DNA from: Tubulanus polymorphus
Lineage: Eukaryota; Animalia; Nemertea
Assembly: GCF_964204645.1 (NCBI RefSeq)
Contig: NC_134027.1
Location: 4,372,485-4,436,484 of the forward strand
Direction of reading: 5' to 3'
Length of the DNA stretch: 64,000 nucleotides
Below the pieces are notes generated by a model. The model did no database searches. It saw only the letters and a program-made list of their open reading frames with translations, and was not told the origin of the DNA. Shown here piece by piece: positions 1-12,600 of the stretch (positions are counted from its first letter, which is position 1; each line of letters begins with the position of its first letter). Both the position numbers and the translations under genes were made by a program.

Positions 1-3000
1 CACGTTAATAAAAACATTGCAATATGTCACCACCAACACAACAAGCTGTTACTGGCGGGTTGTAAAGTTTATCTGCAGGTCTAGCTGCACGCCAACTGTA
101 TACGCTAACAAAAGCCATCTTTATTTCGGTTACGCCCTACAACCTCGCGCAAAAAATCATAGACTTTTTGTATTTCGATCACGGCGACGCATGTTGCAGC
201 GTAACAGAGAAAATCCGTTTCCATGCTACAACGTACACGATCTAATGTGATTAAAAATCTATCTGCGGGGCAATTAAGAGCGAGAGCCAACTCCTGAAAA
301 TAATGAAACGCGCATGCATCTATATGAGCACTTCCCAATCAAAATCGTCGACTTTTTCCAAAAGGCTCTGCACTGTACGTGAACGACGCCGAGGCAGACA
401 ATATTTATCGGCGTATATTCCCATAGCGAGCAATTGAAAATACACGAAGAGCAATTTGGTGATATCCAGTGTCATCCCGAGAGGTCTTACGAGTAATCAT
501 ATAAGCATCAGGAGTGCTCTGTTTGTGATTTTATTTCTCTTTCGTTACAGAGAATCGTCTAAGACGTGACATATGTCTAATACATCGAAAGCTTTAGATG
601 CTATCCTGAACATCAAAGATGTTCAGGAGGGAGGAATTATTCCGGATTACAAAGATAATAATTCGCATGTAGTTCCAACTTGATGATTGCTCATAGAACC
701 TCCGTCATGACATGCAATTTTGCCAACTACATTCAATTCAAGTAGTCCCTTATTCAAATTAAGTACAGTCGGAACAGCTCAGTATGAAGTTTGATCGAAA
801 TCGTTCATTCAGACGGGCGCCAGACTTATTCCTTGGAGCATTGAAAAAATATCGTATGAATGAACAGTTCTGGAGAACTACGAGTCCACCGGTTGATGTA
901 AAGCAGCGGAGAAAAGAAATGTCACGGCGAGACAAGAATGACAAGAAGGAGAAAATCTAATTAATGTCGAAATAAAAAATTAATGAAGCTTGTTATGTAC
1001 ATAGATTTCAGCCTTGAGTAATCGAGATAAGCGAATTCACGGCAGATGCGCATGTATTTTAGTGTCAGCTAATTAAAAACCGATTCCAATACAAATCACC
1101 CATCACTCTCAGTAAATGGAAATATGAATACTTAAAAGGTGTTCCAGATATGGGAATCTCATCAAGTTGCCGTTCGTTTCGTGCAATACAGAGTCGTATA
1201 ATTCTAATCAGAATCGATATGGAAGATGTAATGAAAAAAACCTGTCAAATACTTAATTACGGGGCAACTCGGGTATAAACGAATGCAAGACGTTCTTCTT
1301 AACGACCACGCAAGTGTCCTTACCGTCTTCAGACGGTGGCGTGATTAACGGACCACGTGTCTTCCTTTCCGTCCATCGTGAATTTACTTTTTACGCTGTT
1401 TGTCGAATTGATGCTTGAAGATAATTACTGCATTATTACTGCAAGACCGATATCGATTCGTCGCTTCATAATAAAATATGAAGTACCATACTGATCAAAC
1501 ATTCTCCAAATTAAATATGAGACCAGCTGTTGCACCTGTCAACCATCGTCAATATTATGCCATGATTCTACAAAGGACCAATTTTTCGTATAATTCAGCC
1601 ATACGACACGTGCGTACATCTTGCGCATGGAAATACAATAGACAGTGTATAACAGCTTGAGGAGGCGAGTGGGAATTGTCCATAGATGGGATAACGAAAT
1701 AAGCAAAAGGTGATCGAGATAGCGAGGTATCGCGATCTTCGATGACCTGGCAAACTCGTTCAGGAAGCGTCCCTCGGCAAACGATGCGTTGGGCTTGATT
1801 TAAATGCGAATAATCAGGGTGAACTGGCGCTCGTTAAGGAGCTGAGCGGATAATTACATCGAGTATTCACATTAATGGTATTCTTGAGTAACAACTTCCG
1901 AGTGTTTCGTACTGCTCTTAAGTACCGACGCCAATCGGTCAGAGATCAGCGTCAGGCTATGTGACGCGAGGATTCCCAGGAAATTCAAATCTATCCGTTA
2001 CACCGGAACTCATCGATGTTGTATTTCGATATATGTTGATAGACCGGTGATACTAGCAAATCCCTTCATCGGGGAACTCCGCACACAAAACCACTCGATA
2101 ACAACTTGCAAACATTGTAAAAACACATTAGCTGATTACTTCTAATCGAACATTACTAAAAATCAACTATGTAACGCAAGTTTAAGACATGTGTATGGAT
2201 TCATCATCAATTCCTTATAACTGGATTGTACTCTCATAGTGCGCGGGTTACTAATTGTTTTCACACCCCAGCCACACCCAACTAATAGTCGAGAGCCCTC
2301 GTGTAAACGTTGCATTCCCCAGCTGCGACACACAAGGAAATGGAACAGGAACTAGGCACATACACTAAACTAGCTAATGAATGATTATCTTCAAATTGTC
2401 TCGTCCGTGGCGACAGCGAAATTGATAGCATTATCCAGAATGAGACAACTGGTTTAACCATCTCATTAGAAAACCGGTGAATCAAAGGCAATCTAGTCTA
2501 TTCCAAGTCAACCAAAGTTTGATTGCCAATATTCCAGTGTGCTAATCATTCTTGGGATAATTCAATTTTCATTCAACTATATAGACTGTGGTGCAATGTC
2601 ACAAATCATCCATGCTTATGGCCATCGACGGTTAGAATCTACTCCACTAGTCTCTTGGTAATAACCTTGCGATGTGAAACCCCAATGACATATCAAGTTA
2701 GAACAACATACGAGAAAATTGAAAAATACATCTCTTCAAGATTATTTTTTTCAGAAAGTATTTTTGAAATGAATCATCGTCATATATTTTTAGACAGGGT
2801 GCATTGAGAGAGATATCAATGGCCTGGTTATGTATACGGCAACAAAATAAGAAAAGCAACAAGGTTTCGTAAGTGATATATAAGCCGACAAAATGTGCTG
2901 AATGATATCCGTATAAAAGCTATCGATTCTAACTGACGTTAGATGAAATGTGTATCGTTTGTGTCAAAGACACCCCCGCAGGGAAGATACGTTCACGCGT

Positions 3001-6000
3001 AGGCCTTTATTGGCAGAAAATATGAAAATTGTTCCCAGAAAATCTATGTGAAATGACAAAAAACAGCGTTCCGACACTCCAGTTAGAAAACATATAGTTC
3101 GAGGGAGGTTAAGAACGCTAATAAAGCCGAAACACGGAGAAAATTCTAAGGAGCATTTTCAAAAAATGTTTTTGAAAATGGCCAATAGAATTGAGTCGAA
3201 ACGCTCAATTCAGTTTATAATATTAGTCACTTGTCTATGGAAACTAACGGAGAAAATTGTTTCTACATCCATGTGTAAACGGACCGATAATTTCTCTCGC
3301 ACCCAGAATCTGTGTCGAGAACGGCTGTCGTGTTCAATAATGATCGATCCGACAGGACTGTATCACTTGTTTCCTTCCTTAGTGTAGACTTGAATTACTG
3401 ATGCGAGTCCAGACACAATCCGTTGATTGCTGACCAAATATACAGTAAGCCAATAACTGGCTTTTAGATTGACCGTAGCGTTTGGAGTAGTAGTAGTAAT
3501 CCAGAAAACTAAGTTTGTTTTGGCGCTAAGAAAACACTCCACCGTCGGAGAGTTTGTCAAACTGGACCAATGATTTGAATAAACGGTTATTCCTAGCTGC
3601 TGACTAAACAAAAAAAGAATCAGAATATCTATCTGAGGTCACAGTTATCAATATGTAAGAAAGATGAGCCCTTATTTTCTCCTTGTTTATAAATAGTGTT
3701 CGAGCACAGATCTGCGTATACAGAACGGTTGCAAGTCACCTCTATGACGAGATGACAATGACGTCACCTATATCGACGAAACATCCGTTTAGGAATAGGT
3801 GGGTAAGTAGTTGAACATCGGCGTTGCCACGATTTGAGGTTAGGAACAAATAAAGATAAGAGTGATACTTGGCGTGTATTGGTTCTTCGACGACAAGCAA
3901 ATTATGAATTCAATCCGCGTGAATCTTTATGTCGAAAACTGTACTCAGATAAGCCGACATCAAGAAATCCCAGTCAATTATCTGATATACGCGACACGAT
4001 TTCGGCATGCATGCATAGCGAATTAGTCTTTAACTGTTTATTCCAAGTTGAAAATAAAGTTAAAGAGTTCACTCCATCAGAATGGAAACTTTCATATCAA
4101 AATGTTCATAAACAGAAGACAGTGATGAAATCGAAAGTGAATTTACTACGACACCACTAGTAGCAGGTGATGATATGGCATCTGACCAGTAAGCTTACAA
4201 GTCTATTAGAGTCGATAGTTGCCTCAAAATATAAATATAACCCAACGTGTGGCTTACTTTAGAATGAAATTTTTAATAAGCCGCGTTAAATTTCTTTAGA
4301 TCGCTAATATCATTGTTACAAAATCTGAAGGAATACAATGTAGTTTCCCATGTTATATATCAATATTTCATATTTAATCTATTCCACACTGAAAGCCATT
4401 GGCGATAAATAAATTGAGAGAATAATCAATAGCTGATTTTCATGTAAAGGTGATTAATTGTTGTACAAATTATTCATGTTTGAATTCTGTCGTGACATCG
4501 TGATGTCAACGGTATTACAGACAGACTGTGACTATGAAGATGAATAACTCGAGCGGCTCCGTGGATGATACTCGATTCATTACATCAAACCAGACAACGG
4601 CTTCGATAAAAACTTCACATGTTGCTGGCCATAATTTAATATCGTTTGTCAGTTTCAGTGATAAAAGGTCATCACAGCGTAACGGAGGGTGGTTATTCCG
4701 TACAGGGAGATTAGTAATGACACGCCGTGTTATGTGTGAGTTACTGTTGTTGCACGCTTCCCGGGGGCCATTTGGGAAACATCACTTTACCAATATGCCT
4801 TATTGGCTGAATTAATTTACTATAACGGATTTCGGTTTCCGAAGTGTGTTCACCAGTGCGTACAACTAGAATCCGAGATTCATATATCATAATCGCTATC
4901 ACTACAGTTCATGTGATGTGAGAATTATGATTCATTCACTTAAACAGCGCAATAAGTACAAATTAAATCATGGTTTTGTAATAACGTTACGCCTCAGAAC
5001 CGATGAAATTCAACAGAATATGAAGTCAGCACACCTCAAAATAGTGACACTTATCTTATCGAAACGCTGATAGAAATGGAAGAGATTATTGATGTAGACA
5101 GGTTATTTGCACGAATGCAGGAAAAACACCGTCTAAATTGTGATTGCCTCTCCATGTATGAAGATAATAGGATTTCTATGATGTCTGTATTCGACGTCGA
5201 GCGAAACTATGTATTGTGGGTTGTATGTATATATGGATTTGAAGCTATGGGTTTCTAATCAATAACGCGAAATAGATTCTATCGCCATACCCCCCCCCCC
5301 ACACGTTCCACAGTGGAACTGGATCCTAGATATCAGTATTATCAAGTCAGTTCACGCAAGACGAAATAAGTGTAATTTTCTGTCTGCCATGTCACTGCGT
5401 CTGGAAACACCGGAACCTCGACAGAGAGAAGTGTCTCATTCCCCGATCCAGCAGGAAATTTTCTTACATGTTTGCAGCGGTTTGCAACTAGGAGAATGGT
5501 GCTGGTAAACATACGTACAAACAGGCGGCAACGACGAACATTCGACAGATCTGCGTGCAACACCAATCCGTGGATGGAATTAACCAACTGGTTAAAGAGG
5601 ATCCCGCGAAGTTTTAGTGTCACGAACACAGATACCTGAAATGATGAATCGACGAACACTGTCTAAAAAGACAGCGCCCCAACGCCTCCCTCTCTTATGC
5701 CTCACATGCGAGATTTTTGCATAATTCCGGAAAAACCAATCAATCATGCTTGGGCTAAGTCCCTTGCACTTCGAACTGAATCTGAAATATTCGCTCTACA
5801 AGAAGAACGAGATCACAATTTATCTAAAGGAGAGTCTGTTGAACACTGTTAAGTCGCTATTTTATCATCCCGATTTCAAAGAAGGGTTTATTCCCCTAAT
5901 ATCAGTCATTCAAGCAGCAATTGGGTTTTTTAATGATACTACGTGTATGCGGTGGGATTTCGGCCAGACATCGACCAATGTGTGTATTTATATAAAAGAG

Positions 6001-6606
6001 ATGGCGACAATCGAACTCATCGATGTCAGATAATGATCGACACGAGTAATAGTCAGACATAGATCGTAAAATTGCGGAACATAAATCACACGGTATTTTA
6101 CAGTTACTGATGATGACATGTCGATATTTTGCATCCGATTGACTCGAAGACCATATCGAGTTGGAAAAGCAATATTTCATATAGCATGACTATTTGATGA
6201 ATGATTTAGCTGGATAAGAATAACTGCGAATAGTCAGTCGGATCTGAGGCCGATATTGTATGTACGTAGATATTCTTTATTCATTTTGCCTTAATCTTTA
6301 GGCTTATTCTTAAGGCGCTATAAGACTTTCAGGAATCTATTTACTTCGAGGTCAACCAAAATGTCATAAATAAACTAATTATTTCCACGACTTTTTTTTA
6401 ACGTGGTTCATGGTAGTATTATGCCTTACGTGCCTTAGTTATTATTAGCCGAATGTTTAAATATGAAGCCATGTATAGAATATCACAATAACAGGGAAGT
6501 TAGCGGATACTTTCACCGCATTCGCATTATTTCATGATAAATATGTTCGCCAATTGACAAGAAGTCGTATTTTTTGAAACGAGAAGGAATCGCGAATGTT
6601 TCACAA

Positions 6607-6616
6607 AAAAGGATAC
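6607..6616 (-). other. U12-type (minor spliceosome) 5' splice site of ESRP intron 3
   Basis: The minus strand reads ...ATG CTT GAT T|GTATCCTTTT right where ESRP similarity ends; GTATCCTT is the U12 donor consensus. Confidence 0.85.
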
Positions 6617-9600
6617 AATCAAGCATGTCTTTTATACTGTTTACATTTTCGTATTTGTAGAATTTCTTGAATTCTTTCCTGAGATCGTGATAACGGTAGA
6701 AGTAACTTGCAAGTGAAAAGTTTTTATTACAAGCTTCTGGGTGAAGCACCAGACGTAAGTGTAAAGGTCCATCGACGCAAAAACAGAATGGCCGGCCACC
6801 GTGGTCTGGATGGATTTCTTTAGAGCTGATAAATCTGTCGAACTGCAATGAGAAAAAATACAAACAAATTAACTATTTGCATAGCAATACATCGGTTCTT
6901 AAAGCTTTCAGTTGTCTTGCACAAAAGACTCGCAACGGAAAAAAGGTATTTCATCTCGTTCGGTTCGATCATTCAGATGCGTTGGCGAGTTATTTCACCA
7001 GCAATGTCTAGATAGGAGTTGTCAAGGCGATATTTACGAGTTCTTTCATCCAAGACATTTACTGCAGAAATGTGTAAATCGGCAGTTCTATTTATGTGCT
7101 GCAGCCCAATCACTACACACGACGATATACAAACGTGCTATTGACAAACACAAGCGAAAATGATCGACCAAATCCCTGTCTTGTTGCTTTTCCGTTTAAT
7201 ATATTGGCCAATTTGCTGTCAGCATTAAAATTCAAACCGTCAACAGAACTATACATCATTTTCTCTCTTGTTCAGAAGTGTGCGCTATGTAGGGCCTACC
7301 GATGTATGTATCTTATGTCGTCACTACGGTTAATGTTGTTGCCGAATCGAGCGAAGTTCATCTCATCTCCAGAGTCTTCTGTCTGTCTTCAATCAGAAGG
7401 ATAATGGCCGAGGGAATCGACTCATTTACTCGGCCAATTTAAAACGGTTAGAAAATCCGCGCAGCAGTTATCTTACAGCAGTAACTTTGTCATTAAATAC
7501 ATCGCGAGCAATTAACCATAAAATCCGATGTATCGGTGCTCTAAGACAGTACGAAGGGAAACGGTCGTAAAAGCATTCTATCCGTCCCCATTAAATAGTG
7601 GATTATGTTCTCAGATGAGCTATCGCTATATGACTCTCGGACATACACGAACTTCGTGCAATTATGGTACATATTTTATCTTCAATGATGATCAATGATA
7701 TATAAGCAATTACAAAAATGTTGCTGGTATAGTTTCTCTGCAGTGATATTCATGTAAAATGAATTCGCAAGTCTGCAAAAATATTTTGCGATTTCGATGA
7801 GAGTTTCAAAAATTTGAAATAAAAAGAAATTCTACAGGTCGTGATCACGGAATAGAGCTAATGTCGATGAACAAATTCCATATTCCATCTGCAACGGCTT
7901 ATGGCTCAATACGTTCTGATAGTCCAGGAATAAGTTGCGAGAATTAATTTCTTCGTTTCCGTTTTAAGGCGATGAATTCTTTCTATGAACATATCCGCTA
8001 TTTAATCGCAAGTCGTATTTGACAGATATTTATGCTGCCAGTAGGACAAAAAGTTTATCGTGCCTGATACACTTGAGAGAATACTAAATATACGACGAAT
8101 ATAAGCTGTGAACCAACGAGGTGGTGTTGGATCTATGTTCTTTTTCGCGTTGATAGTAGCGCGTAAATGGTGCGAAAACAAGAATAATCAACAAGGAAGA
8201 AATATAACCATTGTAATCTATAGAGGAATCCAACATGAATGTATAATAATACAGTGGACGCAGAATACCAAATAAATACGGGGGTAATTTCGTGTAATAG
8301 CGCCATTTCCGGTATCATTACCATCCGTCCAAAATTGACTTCCACGTTTCATACACGTGTACACTGCAACGAACGGCAATTTCAGCGTCAAGCGTGGCTG
8401 GTTAGAAGTCATTAACGGTAGTGCAGTGTAGCTTGAGAATGTCCATCCACCACCAGATCCCAAGATCATTTCTCTTTTGCGCATTATTGATCATCTTATT
8501 CATAGCCTTTACGACGTAGAAAAAAAAACATGTAATTTGGCGAGTCTCAATCAAAGAAAACTCCGACAAACACCCTGGCGCCGTACACAAACGATCGCTC
8601 ATATAAATGGTAAATTCATATTTTACCGATGAATCCCAATTACGGTCAGGAGCGCGCGCAGTATTACATCGCATGATGTGTTATGTTGTTTAGGCCGGCG
8701 GGAACCGAGGACAGTAATAAGCGGCTGCGCCGTGACACTGCATACAGCGCTCATCTTTCACAGATGAAAGACGGTTAACTTCAAATGATACCAAACGACT
8801 GCTCTAACGAGACCTCCTCCCATTAAACATTGGGTTAATTGAACCGGTCCCGTTTATAATCTTATAAACCGTCTTATTGCGTCGTGAAAACACGAGGGTC
8901 GAATGCTAGTAAGTCCAGAAGAGCTGTCCGTCTATCTGTAACTGTTCCGACAAGAGATGAACTCTGAAGGATTTAAGACTGATATAAGTCAGGCAAGCAA
9001 CCGAGAACCTTACAGATATACAATGTATCATCAGAAGGTAAGACGAATTATTGTCGCCATCGGTCTTCCTGTCCCACGTGACTTGAAGTTTGAACACTCA
9101 TCGTGAAGATAACGAAGTCACTGCGTTGTACTAGAGTGACGGAAATGATCAGTGTAACGGTCATTAGTGACTGTCGCGGCGGTCCATTAAATCTTTGCAG
9201 AGCCGATAATCGGGTGGTGTGGCTGGAAGACTGTGTTGTGATTGAAATCCTACCACATTGAATCAGACACAGTACATGTTTGACCGATTACACTCGACCA
9301 CAATTACTGCATAAGTAAATCAGTCGATGGCTGACCGGTTACCGGAAGTGACTGCGGCTTATGACGTGATTTGAAACCAAATTCGATGGTGATATTATGC
9401 ATTTTCGCCTCCCAAAAATGGAAATGGCCGGAATATGAAATGTGAGAGCATCGGAGCTTACAAGGGAATGCTATGGTACCAGTGGCAAATTTTCTGGATC
9501 AAGCAATTCCCCGACAAATAGATAGGGTGAGGATATAAAAAGATGGACGAGTGATAGGATCCACTAGGGAATGGTATCAGTCTCGAGTTCCCTAAATCTA

Positions 9601-12600
9601 CATCTGCGCAATATGAAACAGAATAAGGACAGCAGCCCGCGATAGAATGCCCAAATTATTATTTCCCAGTGATCAAAGATGACACTTTTGATTCTCCTGG
9701 CAATAACATGCGGGTTTTTTCATTGGGGTCTGAAGCGGCAAACAGCCTTTTCGAACCCATCGATCAATTTCCGGTCATTAGCCCGTCATACGGATCGACG
9801 ACGCTACATGATGGACGAGAACCGTTGATTTCTGGGCCATCGTCGTCTATATACTCGTCTATATACGTTCTTTACCTCCCAACGACGAGCTGCGGCTTTT
9901 TTTCAAACGTGGAGATAAAACACAACCTTTCTGCAAACGGCTTACATTACCCTTCAGTCGACATCATCCGTCACAAGACGTATCGATTTAATGTACAAAA
10001 AGCAATTATTACGGCCAAATGATTGTGAGAGTGTGTGTGTGTCAACTGTGAGAATGGTAAATATACGCCAAACTGTATGTAGTAAGTGGTAGATGGCTGC
10101 ATTCTGTAAGAGAGTTGGCTTCAAGTCCGGCCTGGTATGCAACAAGTGGCACATCTATCGTCTCTGTGAATTAGTCATCGTTCACTAGTCACTGTCATTT
10201 CAATTCCGCTTTGTAGTTTTATCGGAGCAATTACCACTTCGAAATAGATTGACTTCTACAACTATACTTTTACCGCACTGAGTCTGTTCTCTTCATGCGA
10301 TGTAACCTTTAAGGGGAGAGTAATCCAGATCCAAGAACTCGACAGAATACGTAAATTCTATTAGAAGCTGGAGCAAAAAAATGAAATACGACTAGGAAAA
10401 AAGCAAATGAAGAGTAAAGCCGATTACACAATCAGAATATGAATCATCGAATCTTTTGAAATCTACAGGGACGCCGTGCTGAAACAGCGTATCAATTGAC
10501 AATCAGCCTGCCAATACAAAATGGAGCCATGTCGATCAAACCGACTCATTCATAGCTCGAAAATCTATCAGCCTGTATTGTCTTGTCTATCGATTATATC
10601 ACAATTTCCTCCAGTTTGAGAGGAAATATGAGCTGACAGCATTTTTCTGAGATATTTTCGATAGCGCGGAAATAACGATATAGACTTTCTTGTAAATGAA
10701 CTTATATGAAAGTGCGTTCGTTAGTGCGTTAGATGGGGAACATTCATCAGTAAATCAATACAGATTACGTCAATTTTAGATAGTGCTGATAAAAGATGTC
10801 CATTAAGACCGTTAAGGAAAGGTATCTTAACGGCGGTATTTGTTTGCGGTATACAGTAACATTATCACTTATTGTTCTTTACCAATTTTCACCGATGAAA
10901 GGTGCCTGAATGTGATACCTCGTTTATAGTTAAAATGTCATGGATTTGGCCACAATGTGAGTGTCGTGTTACGCTGCCTTTGCGTATATTGATTGAAGAG
11001 ACGGAGTTGGGAAATAAAACCGTTTAGCCGAGAAGCGGAAGTTAAAGTAAATGCTACGAGTAACGAACGCTGCATGTCATGTCGTCATTAGCCTTAAACA
11101 GCTATTAGTGACTTTCGTCTATACATCGATTAAAGTGAACAAAACACTTCAAGAAAAGTTCACGCAATAGACATAAAATGAAGAAATGCCAGTCGGTGGT
11201 GGTATTGTTATGCCTTTAAGATTTTAGCCATTGCAACGTCACGAACAAACTAGGGATCGAAACTGGGAATCAAGGATTCTAGATAAGAACAGATAAGCTC
11301 CCCTAGAACATTTTACAGGCGAAGCAAACACGTAGGTAAGTCGCTCAGACTGACAGAGCGAATTGATGCGGATTTTACTGTCTGAAACAGATCTCCCCGG
11401 AGAACGGATAAAATGCAGGTGATACAAGGAGTGAACACAATACGCTGTGCCCACGCTAGACAATGGCGGAATAGCAACTTGTATTGCCGCACGTAAAAAA
11501 AAACCTTGGTATTTTTCCATCATCAGAAACCTGTTGAGAATTAACGAGAATCGAAATTGAATTTAAAATACCGCCCGAAGACGATCGTATCGACGGGTAA
11601 TTCACGCGCTAGTGTGAAGTAAAAACATAGAAGATCCTTCTATTCGCGTCTACTGAAATGTTCAATCAAACGCCAAGAACACGTTGCGTGAGAAATATTC
11701 CCAAGAAAGCCCCCGAGCACATGTTGTTGGAATCATTGAACAAATAAATTAGTTTTAGTGCGCGAATAACGGAATTTTCTGCGGAATTAAATTCTAAGAT
11801 TTTATAAAACTAAGTGAGTTTATTCCATTCCGTTTCATAAAAACCTCAAGATACGTTTAAACAAGAATTGTTCATTGGAGTTGCACCGATAGTTTACTGG
11901 TCTCATGTCGCCGGTGGTTCATTTGGTCAATGTCTTCAAGACCTCCAGCGGCTACGAGTTCCAGCCCCTAGAAACATATCCGTCAGTAACTATCCACCAA
12001 CTTGTGTTGTAACATAAGACGCACACGAAGTAATTACTGCCTAAGATACTTCAAAGCGATAGACGATTTAGTAGTCTATTTATCGGAGTTCGTCTCGCGG
12101 TACGTTTAATAATAACAGGACACTGTGAATATCCTCGCATTAATGTATCGAACATGATGTCACAAACTATATTCTTAATTTATGACTCGTTGGTTATTGC
12201 CGTTGACCCTTTTCAGGTGCCCTCGAGGCCGAATTATACCACTCCGAAGTAGCGCCGTAACTACAACTCGCATCACACTTGTTGCCCATTCAGCATAATG
12301 TATACCATTAGATATGGCTTGTTTAAATGTAATATATATATGCAAGAATACGTTTTTATGGATGTTTTCAAGTAACATTTTAAGAGATTGATTATACGCT
12401 GAAAATCTGACGCCCTAGCGATGATAATTCAAACACTGATAATGAACCAACTGCTACCGGCGTTTGGCAGCGATTGGAGTCATCAGCAAGGACACAAAAT
12501 CAAATTACGTAAGCATGGTCGCTCTCATTCCGATGGGGACCGAAACAGGCCGATGTATCTGATTCACCTATAATGAATCAGATATGTTTCCATTATGTCG

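Noticed and set aside
17-6180. Many 60-110 aa ORFs in the ESRP intron region
   Set aside because: No recognisable domains or splice-consistent chains; many start at TTG/GTG, which fits a prokaryotic ORF caller run on eukaryotic non-coding DNA.
6421-6437. TAAGGCACG on the minus strand, resembling the miR-124 5' end
   Set aside because: The match stops after 9 nt and there is no hairpin.
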